A DNA stretch of 29,447 bases, taken from the NCBI GenBank assembly GCA_036336835.1, contig JAYZFK010000059.1, positions 1 to 29,447 on the forward strand. The letters run 5' to 3'. Made by a program: the position numbers and the translations under genes. Below the pieces are notes generated by a model, which was given only the letters and a program-made list of their open reading frames with translations, did no database searches and had not been told where the DNA came from. Origin of the DNA: Myxococcota bacterium (GTDB lineage Bacteria > Myxococcota_A > UBA9160 > UBA4427). The first letter of the stretch is position 1. The number at the start of each line of letters is the position of its first letter. This document shows positions 8,182 through 17,426 of this stretch, one piece after another.

Positions 8182-9840
8182 TTACTCCTCGACCCCGGCT
8201 CCCGCGGCTTCGCCTGTGAGCACCGTCTTCACCACCTTGCCGGCTGCGTTGCGCGGAAGCGGCTCGCTGCGGATCTCCCAGTGGCTGGGAACCTTGAAGG
8301 CCGCGAGCTTCTCGGCGCACCACGCGGCGAGCGCGTCGGGGTCGGTCGAATGGCCCGGCTCGAGCACGACGACCGCCTTCACCTCCTGGCCGAGCTCCGG
8401 ATGGTCGACGCCGATCACGGCGGCTTCGCGGACGTTGGGATGGAGCTCGAGGCGGCTCTCGATCTCGATTGGATAGATGTTCTCGGCGGCGCGCAAGATC
8501 ATGTCGCGTGCGCGCGAGTTGATGTAGAGCCGGCCGTCGACGAGCTTGCCGATGTCGCCGGTCGCCAGCCAGCGGCCCGGTTTGAGCGTTGACTTCGTCG
8601 CCTCGATGTTGCGCCAGTATTCGAGCATGGTGTACGGGCTGCGCACGTGGATCTCGCCCTCGACCGCTTCGGGCAGGACGGCTTCGTCCGGGCCTCGGAT
8701 CTCGACGTCGAAGGTCGCGTTCACGCGCCCGGTGGAGTCGGGGTAGGCGACCATCTCCTCCCCCCCGCTCGATGCGATCACGGCGACCGATTCCGACGAG
8801 CCGTAGCCGATGCCGAGCGCGTTCGCACCATTGGGAGCGACCTCGGTGATGCGCCTCAGGTAGGCCGGGCTGATCGGCGCGCCTCCGGCGCCGAGGTTGC
8901 GCAGTGAGGAGAGGTCGTACTTCTCGAGGTCGGGGTGGTTGAGCACGCGTGGACCCATGCTGCCAAGTCCCGCCCACTGCGTGACCCGCTCGGCTTCGAT
9001 CAGGCGGAGCACGTTGACCGGGTCGAAGCGGCCCGTCGTCCAGACCGTCTTGGTGCCGAGGGCGAGGTTCAGCATGCAGCCCGCGAACAGACCCGACACG
9101 TGGAACAGGGGCACCGTGAGCAGCGCACAGGCGGGGAGTGCGTCCGGATCGGGCGCGGCTCCCCGGACGAGCATCCCGTAGAAGCCGCCCGCCTGGGTCA
9201 GCTGCACGAAGCCGATCAGGCCCCGATGGGAGATCAGCGCGCCCTTCGGACGGCCGGTGGTTCCACTCGTGAACAGGATCAGCGCCGGATCGTCTTCCGC
9301 GATGGGCTGGTCGGGCAGCGGAGCTCCGCCACCCTTCTCGAGCGAAGCGAAGTCCCGCTCGATCACAAGGGTCTCGACGCCGGGGTCACTGCCCTCGAGC
9401 CGGGCGAGGCGCTTCTCGTCGCCAATCAATAGCCTCGGCTCTGACAGCGACAGGCCGTACTCGATCTCGTCGCGTGTCCACCAGCCGTTGAGCGCTACGA
9501 CGATGCCACCCAGGCTGACCACGGCCCAGTAGCTGAGGATCCACTCGGGACAGTTGGCGGCCAGGATAGCCACCCGGTCTCCAGGCCCGATCCCGAGGCG
9601 ATCCTGCAGGTTGCGGGCGATCCGTCCCACCTGCTGCAGGTGCGTCGCGTATGTGATTCGTCGCCCTTCCTGGACGACGTATTCCTTGTCCCCGTGAACC
9701 GCGGATGCCTGAAGCAGCTCGCGGAGCGAGCCGGGACGTCGCTTGATGACGCGCACCCGCTCGCCCAGCACGACCTCTTCGGCCAACTCGAACGGCGCTC
9801 CGGCTCCGAAGACCTGTTCGTACGCCTGTCTGGGGTCCAT
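8182..9840 (-). CDS. Acyl-CoA synthetase (AMP-binding, FadD-like)
   Basis: FTSGTTGRPKG P-loop, GYGSSE, TGDIG, RARDMILR and NAAGKVVK. Confidence 0.92.
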   Translation of the reverse strand: MDPRQAYEQVFGAGAPFELAEEVVLGERVRVIKRRPGSLRELLQASAVHGDKEYVVQEGRRITYATHLQQVGRIARNLQDRLGIGPGDRVAILAANCPEWILSYWAVVSLGGIVVALNGWWTRDEIEYGLSLSEPRLLIGDEKRLARLEGSDPGVETLVIERDFASLEKGGGAPLPDQPIAEDDPALILFTSGTTGRPKGALISHRGLIGFVQLTQAGGFYGMLVRGAAPDPDALPACALLTVPLFHVSGLFAGCMLNLALGTKTVWTTGRFDPVNVLRLIEAERVTQWAGLGSMGPRVLNHPDLEKYDLSSLRNLGAGGAPISPAYLRRITEVAPNGANALGIGYGSSESVAVIASSGGEEMVAYPDSTGRVNATFDVEIRGPDEAVLPEAVEGEIHVRSPYTMLEYWRNIEATKSTLKPGRWLATGDIGKLVDGRLYINSRARDMILRAAENIYPIEIESRLELHPNVREAAVIGVDHPELGQEVKAVVVLEPGHSTDPDALAAWCAEKLAAFKVPSHWEIRSEPLPRNAAGKVVKTVLTGEAAGAGVEE

Positions 9841-9846
9841 TCCGCC

Positions 9847-9852
9847 ATTCTA
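9847..9852 (-). promoter_or_regulatory. Putative -10 element (TAGAAT) 6 nt upstream of the FadD-like ATG (leaderless type)
   Basis: The minus strand reads TAGAAT-ggcgga-ATG. Confidence 0.5.
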
Positions 9853-9986
9853 GCCGTCGGTGCAATCCAAGCCGGCGAGCCAAGGGAGGAACCGGCCGCG
9901 ACTCGCCTGCCGAGATGGGTCCTTTTGCCCTCAACCATGGGACCCGGCTGGCCGATCTGAAGTCGACCATCGACTGGAGAGTTGCC

Positions 9987-10526
9987 GTGCACCGATTCCT
10001 GCTTGGTCCGATCGCGGCCCTGGGCCTGCTCACTGCGGCTCCCGGCTGGACACAGCCCGAGTTCCGCAAGGCCCCGGAAGGTCCCGGAACGCTCTTCGAA
10101 TCGATCGATGGCGCAGCGTCCGATGCCCTCGCGTGGGCGCACCAGCTGCAGCGCGAAAGTCGGAGCCCGCGCCTTTCGCGCGGCGGTTCGATCGTCGCCG
10201 TGGAAGGTGGCTACAGCTACGGCGAGCTGGTGACGGCGCGGCGCTCGGCACCCGACAGGCTGGTGCTCGAGCTCGGCGTGAGCGCGGTGGCTCACTTCCA
10301 TACGTATCCGCGCCAGGGTGGCCCAATCGACCGCCGGAACGAGAGCCATTCGCGAGCCGACCGCTGGGTCGTCGATCGCCTCGATTCGCAGCGGCGACCG
10401 TCGTACATCCTCACGCCTTCGCTGCGCGTCGTCGCCTATCGCGGCCGCGCCGAAGTGCGGACCTCGGATCTGTTCGCGGCGAATCTCTCGCAGCCGGCAG
10501 ATGGTCAGATCCTCGCCGCCTACTGA
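9987..10526 (+). CDS. Secreted DUF4329 / JAB-like domain protein
   Basis: GTG 9987 after SD GGAGA gives the signal peptide MHRFLLGPIAALGLLTAAPGWT. The body has F.SID.AA, GGSI...YSY, VAHFHTYP, NESHSRAD and SYILTPS, matching the DUF4329 pattern (HTHG...E.FS..D...Y..TP). Confidence 0.7.
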   Translation: MHRFLLGPIAALGLLTAAPGWTQPEFRKAPEGPGTLFESIDGAASDALAWAHQLQRESRSPRLSRGGSIVAVEGGYSYGELVTARRSAPDRLVLELGVSAVAHFHTYPRQGGPIDRRNESHSRADRWVVDRLDSQRRPSYILTPSLRVVAYRGRAEVRTSDLFAANLSQPADGQILAAY

Positions 10527-10543
10527 CGGTCCCCTCGCGTGCT

Positions 10544-10566
10544 CGGCGCACTGCAGTCGTGCGCCG
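10544..10566. terminator. GC-rich hairpin between convergent genes; possible bidirectional terminator or pause site
   Basis: 8-bp perfect stem CGGCGCAC-tgcagtc-GTGCGCCG, with no U-tract. Confidence 0.3.
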
Positions 10567-10596
10567 CGCGTTCCAGCCCTCTCGCCTGACCTCGAC

Positions 10597-12648
10597 CTAG
10601 TCGGCGATGCGGGGCGGGCTTGTCCTGGGCGCGGCTCGGACCGGGCAGCTCGCTGCGAGCTCGTTGTGGCGTTCGACGTATTCGGCCTCGAGGTCCGCGG
10701 CCTTGCGCGCCTGGGCGAGCGCCTCTTCGCAACGGCCCGCTGCTGCTAGCGCGCGCGCATGCGTGTCGAGGTAGTCGGCGCGCTCGAATTTGCCAACAGC
10801 GAGTGCCGCGAGCGCGAGCGCCCGGCTGGGTTCGTGCCCGGCTTCGAGCAGCATCCAGGCGAGACCGTTGGCGGCTTCGGCACGCGTCGGCTCGAGTGCA
10901 ATCGCGCGTTCGAACCCCTCGTGCGCCAGGGCGCTGTCTCCGGCTCCATAGGCAACCTTTGCGAGCTCGGTCCAGGCGTGGGCGCTGGCGGGGTGTGCCC
11001 GGGTGACTTGTCGCCAGCGCTGGGTGGCCAGCTCGAGCTCGCCGCGGCGTTGCGCGGCGGCCGCGGCGCGTGCGGGCCACGGGGGCTCGCTGGCGCCCTG
11101 GGTCAGCGCCCACTCGGCGAGCTGGTCGGCTTCCTCGACGGCGCCGCGCGCATCGAGCAGCTCGAGCAGCCGCGCTCGTTCGAGCTTGGAGCGCGGTGCG
11201 ACCTCGAACCCGGCTCGCAGGGCGACCTCGGCCTCGTCGCCTCGATCGAGTCGAACCAGGGCGTTGGCCAGTACGATCCGCGCCCACGAATCGCGTGGTC
11301 GGATGGTGAGCGTCCACTGCGCCTGCTCGATCGCTTCGCCGAGGCGGTCGCGAGCCAGGAGCGCTCGAGCGCGGTTGTAACTCATCTTGGGTGCCCGCGG
11401 ATAGGCCGCGAGCGTGGCCTCGGCGAGTGTGAGGTCGTTCTCGTAGGCCTGATTCTGTACCCAGCTGCGCGCCCCCCCGGCGGCGAGGGCGAGCGCCAGC
11501 AATCCTGTCAAGGTCGCTCTGCCAACCGGCAGCCGGGCCCCCAGTAATGCGACGAGCAGCAACAGGCCGTAGGACGGCAGGTAGAACAGCCGTTCCGCGA
11601 AGTTCGTGCCGATCACCACCAGGAGATTCGAAGCGACGGCGAACGAGCAGATCGCGACACCCGCTGCGCGTCCTTCGGTCGTTCCCGCCCTGCCGAAGGC
11701 CAGACCTGCCAGCGCCAGCGACACAATGATCCCGAGGGTCCCGTAGGCGGTCACACCGTCCGCCAGCCCGAGGAGCGGCGGCGCGTAGTCGATCGACAGC
11801 CGATCGGGCCAGGCGAGCAGCCACAGGTAGCGCCCCGCAGCATCGAGCACGGTCGGCAGCCGTTCGAGCACGGTCGTGCCGGCCATCGGGTTCACCGTGG
11901 TGTCGACGATGGGGCCGCCCCAGCTGGCGAGTAGCGAGAAGCGCAGGGCTGCGTACGCGAGGACGGCGGTGAGGCTCGCAATCGCCGGGGCGCTCAGTCG
12001 GCGCAGCGACTCGCCCCGTGCCCAGCCAAGGAAGGCGATTGCAAAGGGAAGAAAGGCTGCGCTCTCCTTGGAAGCCACCGCCAGGAACGTCGCTGCCGCA
12101 CAGGCGCCCGCTCGCTGCATCGTGCGTGCCTGGGGAGCCGTGGCGGTCAGCATTGCGACCAATGCAGCGAGTGCGGCCAGCAGCTCCGCGCGCCCCGAGA
12201 TCCAGGTAACGGCTTCGGTGTGAAGCGGATGGACGGCGAACAGCGCAGCACACGCCGCCGCCACGTTGCGCGACGCGCCGAGTCGCTGCGCGAACACGAA
12301 CCCGAGGACGACGACGGCCGCGTGGAGCGCGATGTTGACGGCGTGCATCCAACGCACCCTGTCGTGGGCGATCGCAGCGTCGAGCGCGAACGAGAGGGTC
12401 GTCACTGGGCGCCACAGCGCGGTGTCCGCCGCCCGGTCGTCGCCCCAGTAGGCCGTCGTCAGGGCTTGGACCGCGTCGAAGTCGCCGTCGACTGCCGGGT
12501 GGCGGACGACGAGACCCGAGTCGTCGTACACGAAGCCCGCTTCGAGCGCGTTTGCGTAGGGCAGGACGGCCAGCGCGACGAGGCCGGACAACAGCCAGCG
12601 GCGCACGCGGCGCTGGCTGTTGGACGAGTCGGGCCGAGTCGAGTCCAC
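10597..12648 (-). CDS. Second TMTC-like GT-C glycosyltransferase with C-terminal TPR repeats
   Basis: FVYDD motif, WRPVTTLSF, FAVHPLHTEAVTWISGRAELL, SKESA, DUF1736-like YLWLLAWPDRLSIDY, FAERLFYLPS, then several TPR-like repeats. Confidence 0.85.
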   Translation of the reverse strand: MDSTRPDSSNSQRRVRRWLLSGLVALAVLPYANALEAGFVYDDSGLVVRHPAVDGDFDAVQALTTAYWGDDRAADTALWRPVTTLSFALDAAIAHDRVRWMHAVNIALHAAVVVLGFVFAQRLGASRNVAAACAALFAVHPLHTEAVTWISGRAELLAALAALVAMLTATAPQARTMQRAGACAAATFLAVASKESAAFLPFAIAFLGWARGESLRRLSAPAIASLTAVLAYAALRFSLLASWGGPIVDTTVNPMAGTTVLERLPTVLDAAGRYLWLLAWPDRLSIDYAPPLLGLADGVTAYGTLGIIVSLALAGLAFGRAGTTEGRAAGVAICSFAVASNLLVVIGTNFAERLFYLPSYGLLLLVALLGARLPVGRATLTGLLALALAAGGARSWVQNQAYENDLTLAEATLAAYPRAPKMSYNRARALLARDRLGEAIEQAQWTLTIRPRDSWARIVLANALVRLDRGDEAEVALRAGFEVAPRSKLERARLLELLDARGAVEEADQLAEWALTQGASEPPWPARAAAAAQRRGELELATQRWRQVTRAHPASAHAWTELAKVAYGAGDSALAHEGFERAIALEPTRAEAANGLAWMLLEAGHEPSRALALAALAVGKFERADYLDTHARALAAAGRCEEALAQARKAADLEAEYVERHNELAASCPVRAAPRTSPPRIAD

Positions 12649-12651
12649 GGG

Positions 12652-13773
12652 CTAGTCGAAGGTGCGGCTTGCAATCAGCTCTTCGAGGTGCCGGCTGTCC
12701 CACCACGAGAGCTGGAGTTGTTTGGCTCGCCGGAAGTAGAGCTGGATGTCGCATTCGACGGTGAATCCGATCCCGCCGAAGATCTGCTCGCACACTGCTG
12801 TGGTGTCGCGAAAGCTCTGGCAGGCGAACAGCTTCGCCATCGGTGCGAGTTCTTCGATCGAATTCCCCCTGTCGCGCGCCCAGGCGGCTTGATGCGTGAG
12901 CGTGCGGGAGCCATCGAGGTGCGTTCGGGCGTCGGCGAGGTAGTGGGCGATCGATTGGAACGCCGCGATCGGCTTGTCGAACTGGACGCGATCCTTTGCA
13001 TACTGGGTGGTGATTGCGAGCGCCTGCTCACAGGCGCCGTTGGCCCAGGCCGCGTTCAGCACAGCGCCCTCGTAGAGCACAGCACACAAGGTCGACCATC
13101 CCGAACCGGGATCGCCGATCCGGTCCTCGATGCCCACGCGGACCTGCGATAGATCGACGCGGTACTGCGTGTCGGAAGCGAGCGAATACTGCTGGGTCCG
13201 GCGCACTCCGTCGGCGGAGGGGTCGACCAGGAACAGATCGATCTCGCATTCGGCCGCGCCGGTGCGCGCCACCACGATCAGGCGATCGGCGGCGCTTGCG
13301 TAGGCCACATGGCGCTTCGTGCCGTCGAGCCGAAAACCGTCGCCGTCGGGGGTCGCGCAGACACCGATCCCGGCGGGGCCGTAGCCATGGTCGGGTTCGA
13401 GCCAGGCGGGCGTCAGGATCGCCGTCCCCGCTGCGATCCGGTCCAGCCACTGCTTCTGGTCCTCGCTGCCGGCGCGCTCGAGGATGCCGGCCGAGACGAT
13501 GCAGCTGACGAAGTGCGGGACGGGCGCGAGCGCGCGCCCCAGCTCTTCATAGGCGATCGCGGTCTCCAGCAGTCCCTGCTGCGCCCCGCCGTGCGCCTCA
13601 TCGATGCGCATGCCGAGCAGACCGACCCGGGCCAGCTGCTCCCATAGCTCGTCCGGGTAGCCGCTGGGATCGTCCTCGATCCCGCGTACGACCTCGATGC
13701 TCGAGTAGTCGCGGCAGACCTCGCGCACCATGCTGCGGAGGGCTTCCTGCTCCTCGCTGAAGTCGAGATCCAT
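12652..13773 (-). CDS. Acyl-CoA dehydrogenase (beta-type subunit)
   Basis: Start reassigned to MDLDFSEEQ (ATG 13773). RVQFDKPIAAFQSIAHY and QIFGGIGFTVECDIQLYFRRAK; no SEP..GSD motif. Confidence 0.9.
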   Translation of the reverse strand: MDLDFSEEQEALRSMVREVCRDYSSIEVVRGIEDDPSGYPDELWEQLARVGLLGMRIDEAHGGAQQGLLETAIAYEELGRALAPVPHFVSCIVSAGILERAGSEDQKQWLDRIAAGTAILTPAWLEPDHGYGPAGIGVCATPDGDGFRLDGTKRHVAYASAADRLIVVARTGAAECEIDLFLVDPSADGVRRTQQYSLASDTQYRVDLSQVRVGIEDRIGDPGSGWSTLCAVLYEGAVLNAAWANGACEQALAITTQYAKDRVQFDKPIAAFQSIAHYLADARTHLDGSRTLTHQAAWARDRGNSIEELAPMAKLFACQSFRDTTAVCEQIFGGIGFTVECDIQLYFRRAKQLQLSWWDSRHLEELIASRTFD

Positions 13774-13790
13774 CGAGTCCGGCGCGCGGG

Positions 13791-14264
13791 CTAGGGGCGC
13801 CAGTCGTCGCGCTTGCGGGACCAGGGGTTGTCCGCTTCGCTCGACGGCAGCGCGACGCGCACCTCGCAAGAGGTGCAGATGCGGTCCTCCACTGTGACGT
13901 GCACGTCGAGCTCTGCCCAGGCGCAGCCCGCCTCGTCGGTCTCGAGCTTCGTCACGGACCCGCGGAATACCATCCGGTCGTCCGGAAAGATCGAGTCCCG
14001 CATTCGGAACTTCATCCGACCGAGGCGGCCCTTTGGGCCCGTCCAGTCGGTGACGTAGCGCTCGAACCAGGCAGCCAGGTTTGGCGTGTTCATGAAGATG
14101 TCTTGCGTGCCGTTGCGCTCGGTGGCGAACTTGTAGTCGTGGTGCATGGGACGAAAGTCGCGACTCGCGAGCGCGCCGAGCACGACTGTCGTTGCACTGA
14201 CGTCGTACGGAAGCTCGGGCAGCTGCTGGCCTTCGCTGACCTGGTCAATCGTTAGGTTCACCAT
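13791..14264 (-). CDS. MaoC-family (R)-hydratase subunit, ChsH1-like
   Basis: Hot-dog hydratase motif ASRDFRPMHHD...A...G..DIFMN. Confidence 0.85.
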   Translation of the reverse strand: MVNLTIDQVSEGQQLPELPYDVSATTVVLGALASRDFRPMHHDYKFATERNGTQDIFMNTPNLAAWFERYVTDWTGPKGRLGRMKFRMRDSIFPDDRMVFRGSVTKLETDEAGCAWAELDVHVTVEDRICTSCEVRVALPSSEADNPWSRKRDDWRP

Positions 14265-14268
14265 GGGT

Positions 14269-14784
14269 TCAGTCTCGCTTGTAGCCGAAGCCGGTGTAGC
14301 TCTCGGACGCCACCTTGACGCCTTGCTGATTGAAGTAGTCGACGTCGATTGCCCAGAACCGGCCGCTTCCGAGCTTGGTCGTCTTGGGATCGCTGACCGA
14401 TCGCAGCACCTGGTGGGTTCGCAGCCGATCGCCGAGGCGCACGGGCTCGTAGAACACGATCGTGTTGTCGGTCATCACGGCCTCGGGCAGCTCGAGGGCT
14501 TCCTTCAGGTCGAAGTGGACCTGCAGCGGGAGCGCCGGCTTGCTGCGACCCGGCGCCCAGAGATGCGGCCGGAACCAGGCGGAGATCATCGTCGGCGGGG
14601 CGATCGGGCCCTGCGTGACCGCCTCGGCGCTGGCCGGGTCCCAGAACAACGGATTTCCGTTCTCGACCGCCGAACAGGTGGTCCAGATGTAGCCTTGCTC
14701 GACCGGGAACTCGCCCTCCTCGGGGTAGATCTCCTTCCCGATCATGTCCTGGATGTGCTGCGGCAGATCGTCCATGGGTTCCAT
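14269..14784 (-). CDS. MaoC/FAS1-like dehydratase-domain protein (partner subunit, like the ChsH2 N-terminal domain)
   Basis: AVENGNPLFWD...A...IAPPTM and FYEPVRLGDRL; paired with the MaoC gene. Confidence 0.82.
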   Translation of the reverse strand: MEPMDDLPQHIQDMIGKEIYPEEGEFPVEQGYIWTTCSAVENGNPLFWDPASAEAVTQGPIAPPTMISAWFRPHLWAPGRSKPALPLQVHFDLKEALELPEAVMTDNTIVFYEPVRLGDRLRTHQVLRSVSDPKTTKLGSGRFWAIDVDYFNQQGVKVASESYTGFGYKRD

Positions 14785-14812
14785 CTCTCTTCCGGTAGAG
14801 GGTAGCGAGGTG

Positions 14813-15985
14813 TTACGCGACCAGGCCGCGATTGCGCAGGTCCTCGATCACCGAGGCGCTGAGCCCGGCCTCTGCGAGCACCTCGAACGTGTCGCTGTCG
14901 GCTCCGAGATCGGGAATCGGCTGGACACCGCTCGGCCGCTCCTGGCCCGCGAAGGTCGCGCCGAGCTGGCGGAAGCGTCCGTATTCGGGGTGCTCCGCAT
15001 CGACGACCACTCCGCGGTGGCGGAACTGCGGATCCTCGACCAGCTCCTCGATCGAGTACACCGGGGTCAGGCAGGTGTTCTTGTCCGCGAGTTCGGCGAC
15101 CCACTCGTCGCGCGACTTGTGCGCAAAGGCGGCGCGCAGATCGGCGCGGATCTGGTCCTGGAGATCCTCGTCGTGCTGCCGATCGATCCAGCGCTCGAGT
15201 CCGAGTCCCTTGCACAGGTTGGCCCAGAAAGCGGGCTCGATCACGCCAAGCGCGAGCCACTTGCCGTCGCCCGCGCGGTAGGTGTCGTAGCAGGCATACC
15301 GTCCGGTCAAGATGTAGTGACCGGGGCCCGGGGAGTTGCCGGTGGCGAGGTATTCGTCGATGTAGATCGACGTCAGGTGGAGCATGCCATCGGCCAGCGC
15401 GACGTCGAGGTACTCCCCGACGCCCGAGCGGGTGCGGCGCAGGAGCGCGGCGAGGATGGCCATCGCGGCGTGCATGCCGCCGGCGGCACTGTCGGCGATC
15501 GACGCACCCGGGATGGGCGGGCTCCCGTCCTCGCTGCGGCCGTTGCAGTGCATGAAGCCGGACACCGCAACATAGTTGAGATCGTGGCCGGCCCGTTGCG
15601 AGGCGGGTCCGTCCTGCCCATAGCCCGAGGTCGAGCAGTAGACGATCCGTTCATTGCGCGCGCGCAGGTGCTCGTAGCCGATGCCGAGTCGCTCGGCGAC
15701 ACCCGGTCGGTAGCTCTCGATCACCACGTCGGCGGATTCGACCAACCTCAGGAAGGCCTCCCTGCTGTCTGGTGCCTTGAGATCGAGCTTGATGTGCCGC
15801 ATGCCCCGGTCGCCGCTGTACGCGTAGAACGGCGGGGTGGTCTGGAGGCCCGACTTGCTGGGCGGAACCCCGAGCTTCACGACGCTCGCACCGTAGTCGG
15901 CGAGGATCCGCGCGGCGCGCGTTGCGGGACCGACAGTCGAAAGGTCGAGGACGACTGTGTCCTCCAGCGCCGGGGGAAGGCTCAT
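14813..15985 (-). CDS. CaiB/BaiF family III CoA-transferase, alpha-methylacyl-CoA racemase-like
   Basis: Start reassigned to MSLPPALED. VLDLS...GP, ADVVIESYRPGV, GYGQDGP, AGHDLNY and IADSAAGG (the His/Asp pair characteristic of AMACR/MCR). Confidence 0.85.
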   Translation of the reverse strand: MSLPPALEDTVVLDLSTVGPATRAARILADYGASVVKLGVPPSKSGLQTTPPFYAYSGDRGMRHIKLDLKAPDSREAFLRLVESADVVIESYRPGVAERLGIGYEHLRARNERIVYCSTSGYGQDGPASQRAGHDLNYVAVSGFMHCNGRSEDGSPPIPGASIADSAAGGMHAAMAILAALLRRTRSGVGEYLDVALADGMLHLTSIYIDEYLATGNSPGPGHYILTGRYACYDTYRAGDGKWLALGVIEPAFWANLCKGLGLERWIDRQHDEDLQDQIRADLRAAFAHKSRDEWVAELADKNTCLTPVYSIEELVEDPQFRHRGVVVDAEHPEYGRFRQLGATFAGQERPSGVQPIPDLGADSDTFEVLAEAGLSASVIEDLRNRGLVA

Positions 15986-16058
15986 GGCAATCCGATCGTG
16001 AGAAAAGCGAGACGCATCGTATGGGAATGCATCCGGCGCCGCAATCGGCTGTCCGCAC

Positions 16059-17234
16059 TCAGAAGTTCTTCGGCAGACCCAGGCCGCGTCGACCGATGAT
16101 GTTCTTCTGGATCTCCGACGCGCCACCGCCGATCGTGTCGACGACGGTATAGCGGTACGAGCGTTCGAATCGGCCGCCGATCGGCGCGTCCTTCTCTCCG
16201 CAGCGCAGCTGGCCAGCCGGCCCCATCATGTCGAGGGCCCAGTCTGCGACGCGCTGACCCAGTTCGTTCATGTACAGCTTGTACTCCGAGGACTCTACGG
16301 TCGGGATGCGATCGCGCAGTGCCTCGCTGATCACGCGCCGCTGGAGCATTCGGGCGACCTCGAGCTGCGTGCGGACCTGCGCGGCCGTTGCGCGCACGAC
16401 GGGGTCGTCGCGCAGCGGTCGGCCGTCGCGTTTGGCCGTGCGCAGGTAGTCCAGCAGCGCCTCGACCTTCTTCTCGAGCGGGCCCACGGGCATCATCGCG
16501 AAGCGCTCGAGGTCGAGCGCCTCGCAGATGTAGGTCCAGCCTTCGTTGACTCGGCCGACCACCGCGTCGTCCGGCACGAACACGTCGTCGAAGAACACCT
16601 CGTTCGTGCGCTCGTCGCCGATCGTCCAGGTCGGGTGGATGGTGAAGTTCGGGTGGTCCATTGGGATCAGGAACAGCGTGATTCCCCCGTGCTTGGAGGC
16701 GGGGTCGGTTCGAGCACCGACCCAGTAGTAGTCGGCGAAGTGGGCCGATGTCGTCCAGATCTTGCGGCCGTTCAACCGCCAGCCGCCTTCGGCCTTCGAA
16801 GCCTTGAGGGCCATCGCGGCGGCGTCCGAGCCCGCCTGGGGCTCGCTGTAGCCAATCGCAAACTCGATCTCGCCTCGGATGATGCGGGGCAGGAACTCCG
16901 CCTTCATGCCTGGCGAGCCGTGGCGGATGATCGTCCGGCCGACGATCCCAACGCCCTTGCCGGGCTGTGGGGCCCCCACGCGCGACAGCGCCTCGGTGAG
17001 CAGGAAGTCGTAGCTTCCGCTGTACTCGCCCCCGCCGTATTCCGCGGGCCAGTTCATGCCGAGCCAGCCGCGCTCGGCGAGCTTTGCCATGAAGTCGCGC
17101 TTGGCCGGCGTGTCCACGGTCTGGGACAGCTGCTCGGGGTGGGCGTCCATCACCTGGTCCGAGTGTTGCTCGGCGAGGAACGCCTCGATTTCGGCCTCGA
17201 ATGCGCGCTCCTCGGGTCCGAACTCAAAGTCCAC
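16059..17234 (-). CDS. Acyl-CoA dehydrogenase (alpha-type, ChsE/FadE26-29-like)
   Basis: FAIGYSEPQAGSD, NGRKIWTTSAH, TNEVFFDDV, ALDLER and TIGGGASEIQKNII. SD AGGAG. Confidence 0.92.
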   Translation of the reverse strand: MDFEFGPEERAFEAEIEAFLAEQHSDQVMDAHPEQLSQTVDTPAKRDFMAKLAERGWLGMNWPAEYGGGEYSGSYDFLLTEALSRVGAPQPGKGVGIVGRTIIRHGSPGMKAEFLPRIIRGEIEFAIGYSEPQAGSDAAAMALKASKAEGGWRLNGRKIWTTSAHFADYYWVGARTDPASKHGGITLFLIPMDHPNFTIHPTWTIGDERTNEVFFDDVFVPDDAVVGRVNEGWTYICEALDLERFAMMPVGPLEKKVEALLDYLRTAKRDGRPLRDDPVVRATAAQVRTQLEVARMLQRRVISEALRDRIPTVESSEYKLYMNELGQRVADWALDMMGPAGQLRCGEKDAPIGGRFERSYRYTVVDTIGGGASEIQKNIIGRRGLGLPKNF

Positions 17235-17401
17235 GGCTTCTCCTGTTCGATCGGTCGCGAGTGAGTCGCAAACCTACACCGCGTGGCGCGGCGTGTGCAG
17301 GCCGGGTGCGACCCGGCTGGACGCCTCGCGGGAGTCGTCGGCGCCCTCGAATGTCCGGTTGGTTGCGCGGCAGCAGCCCTTTCGACGATGTCGAACCGTT
17401 G

Positions 17402-17426
17402 CCCGCTGATCCCGCTGATCCCGCTG
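17402..17426. repeat. Short tandem repeat (CCCGCTGAT) x ~2.8
   Basis: CCCGCTGAT-CCCGCTGAT-CCCGCTG in the intergenic region downstream of the prepilin peptidase. Confidence 0.6.

Noticed and set aside
7016..8977. Long alternative-frame ORFs, e.g. 7016..8977, 10520..12793, 14744..16099 and 4709..6046
   Set aside because: They are Arg/Ala/Pro-rich with no recognisable motifs and overlap well-supported genes, as expected from stop-codon scarcity at high GC.
17301..17317. Hairpin GCCGGGT-gcg-ACCCGGC as a terminator or REP element
   Set aside because: It has a 7-bp stem, no U-tract and no second copy that I could find, so chance occurrence is plausible.
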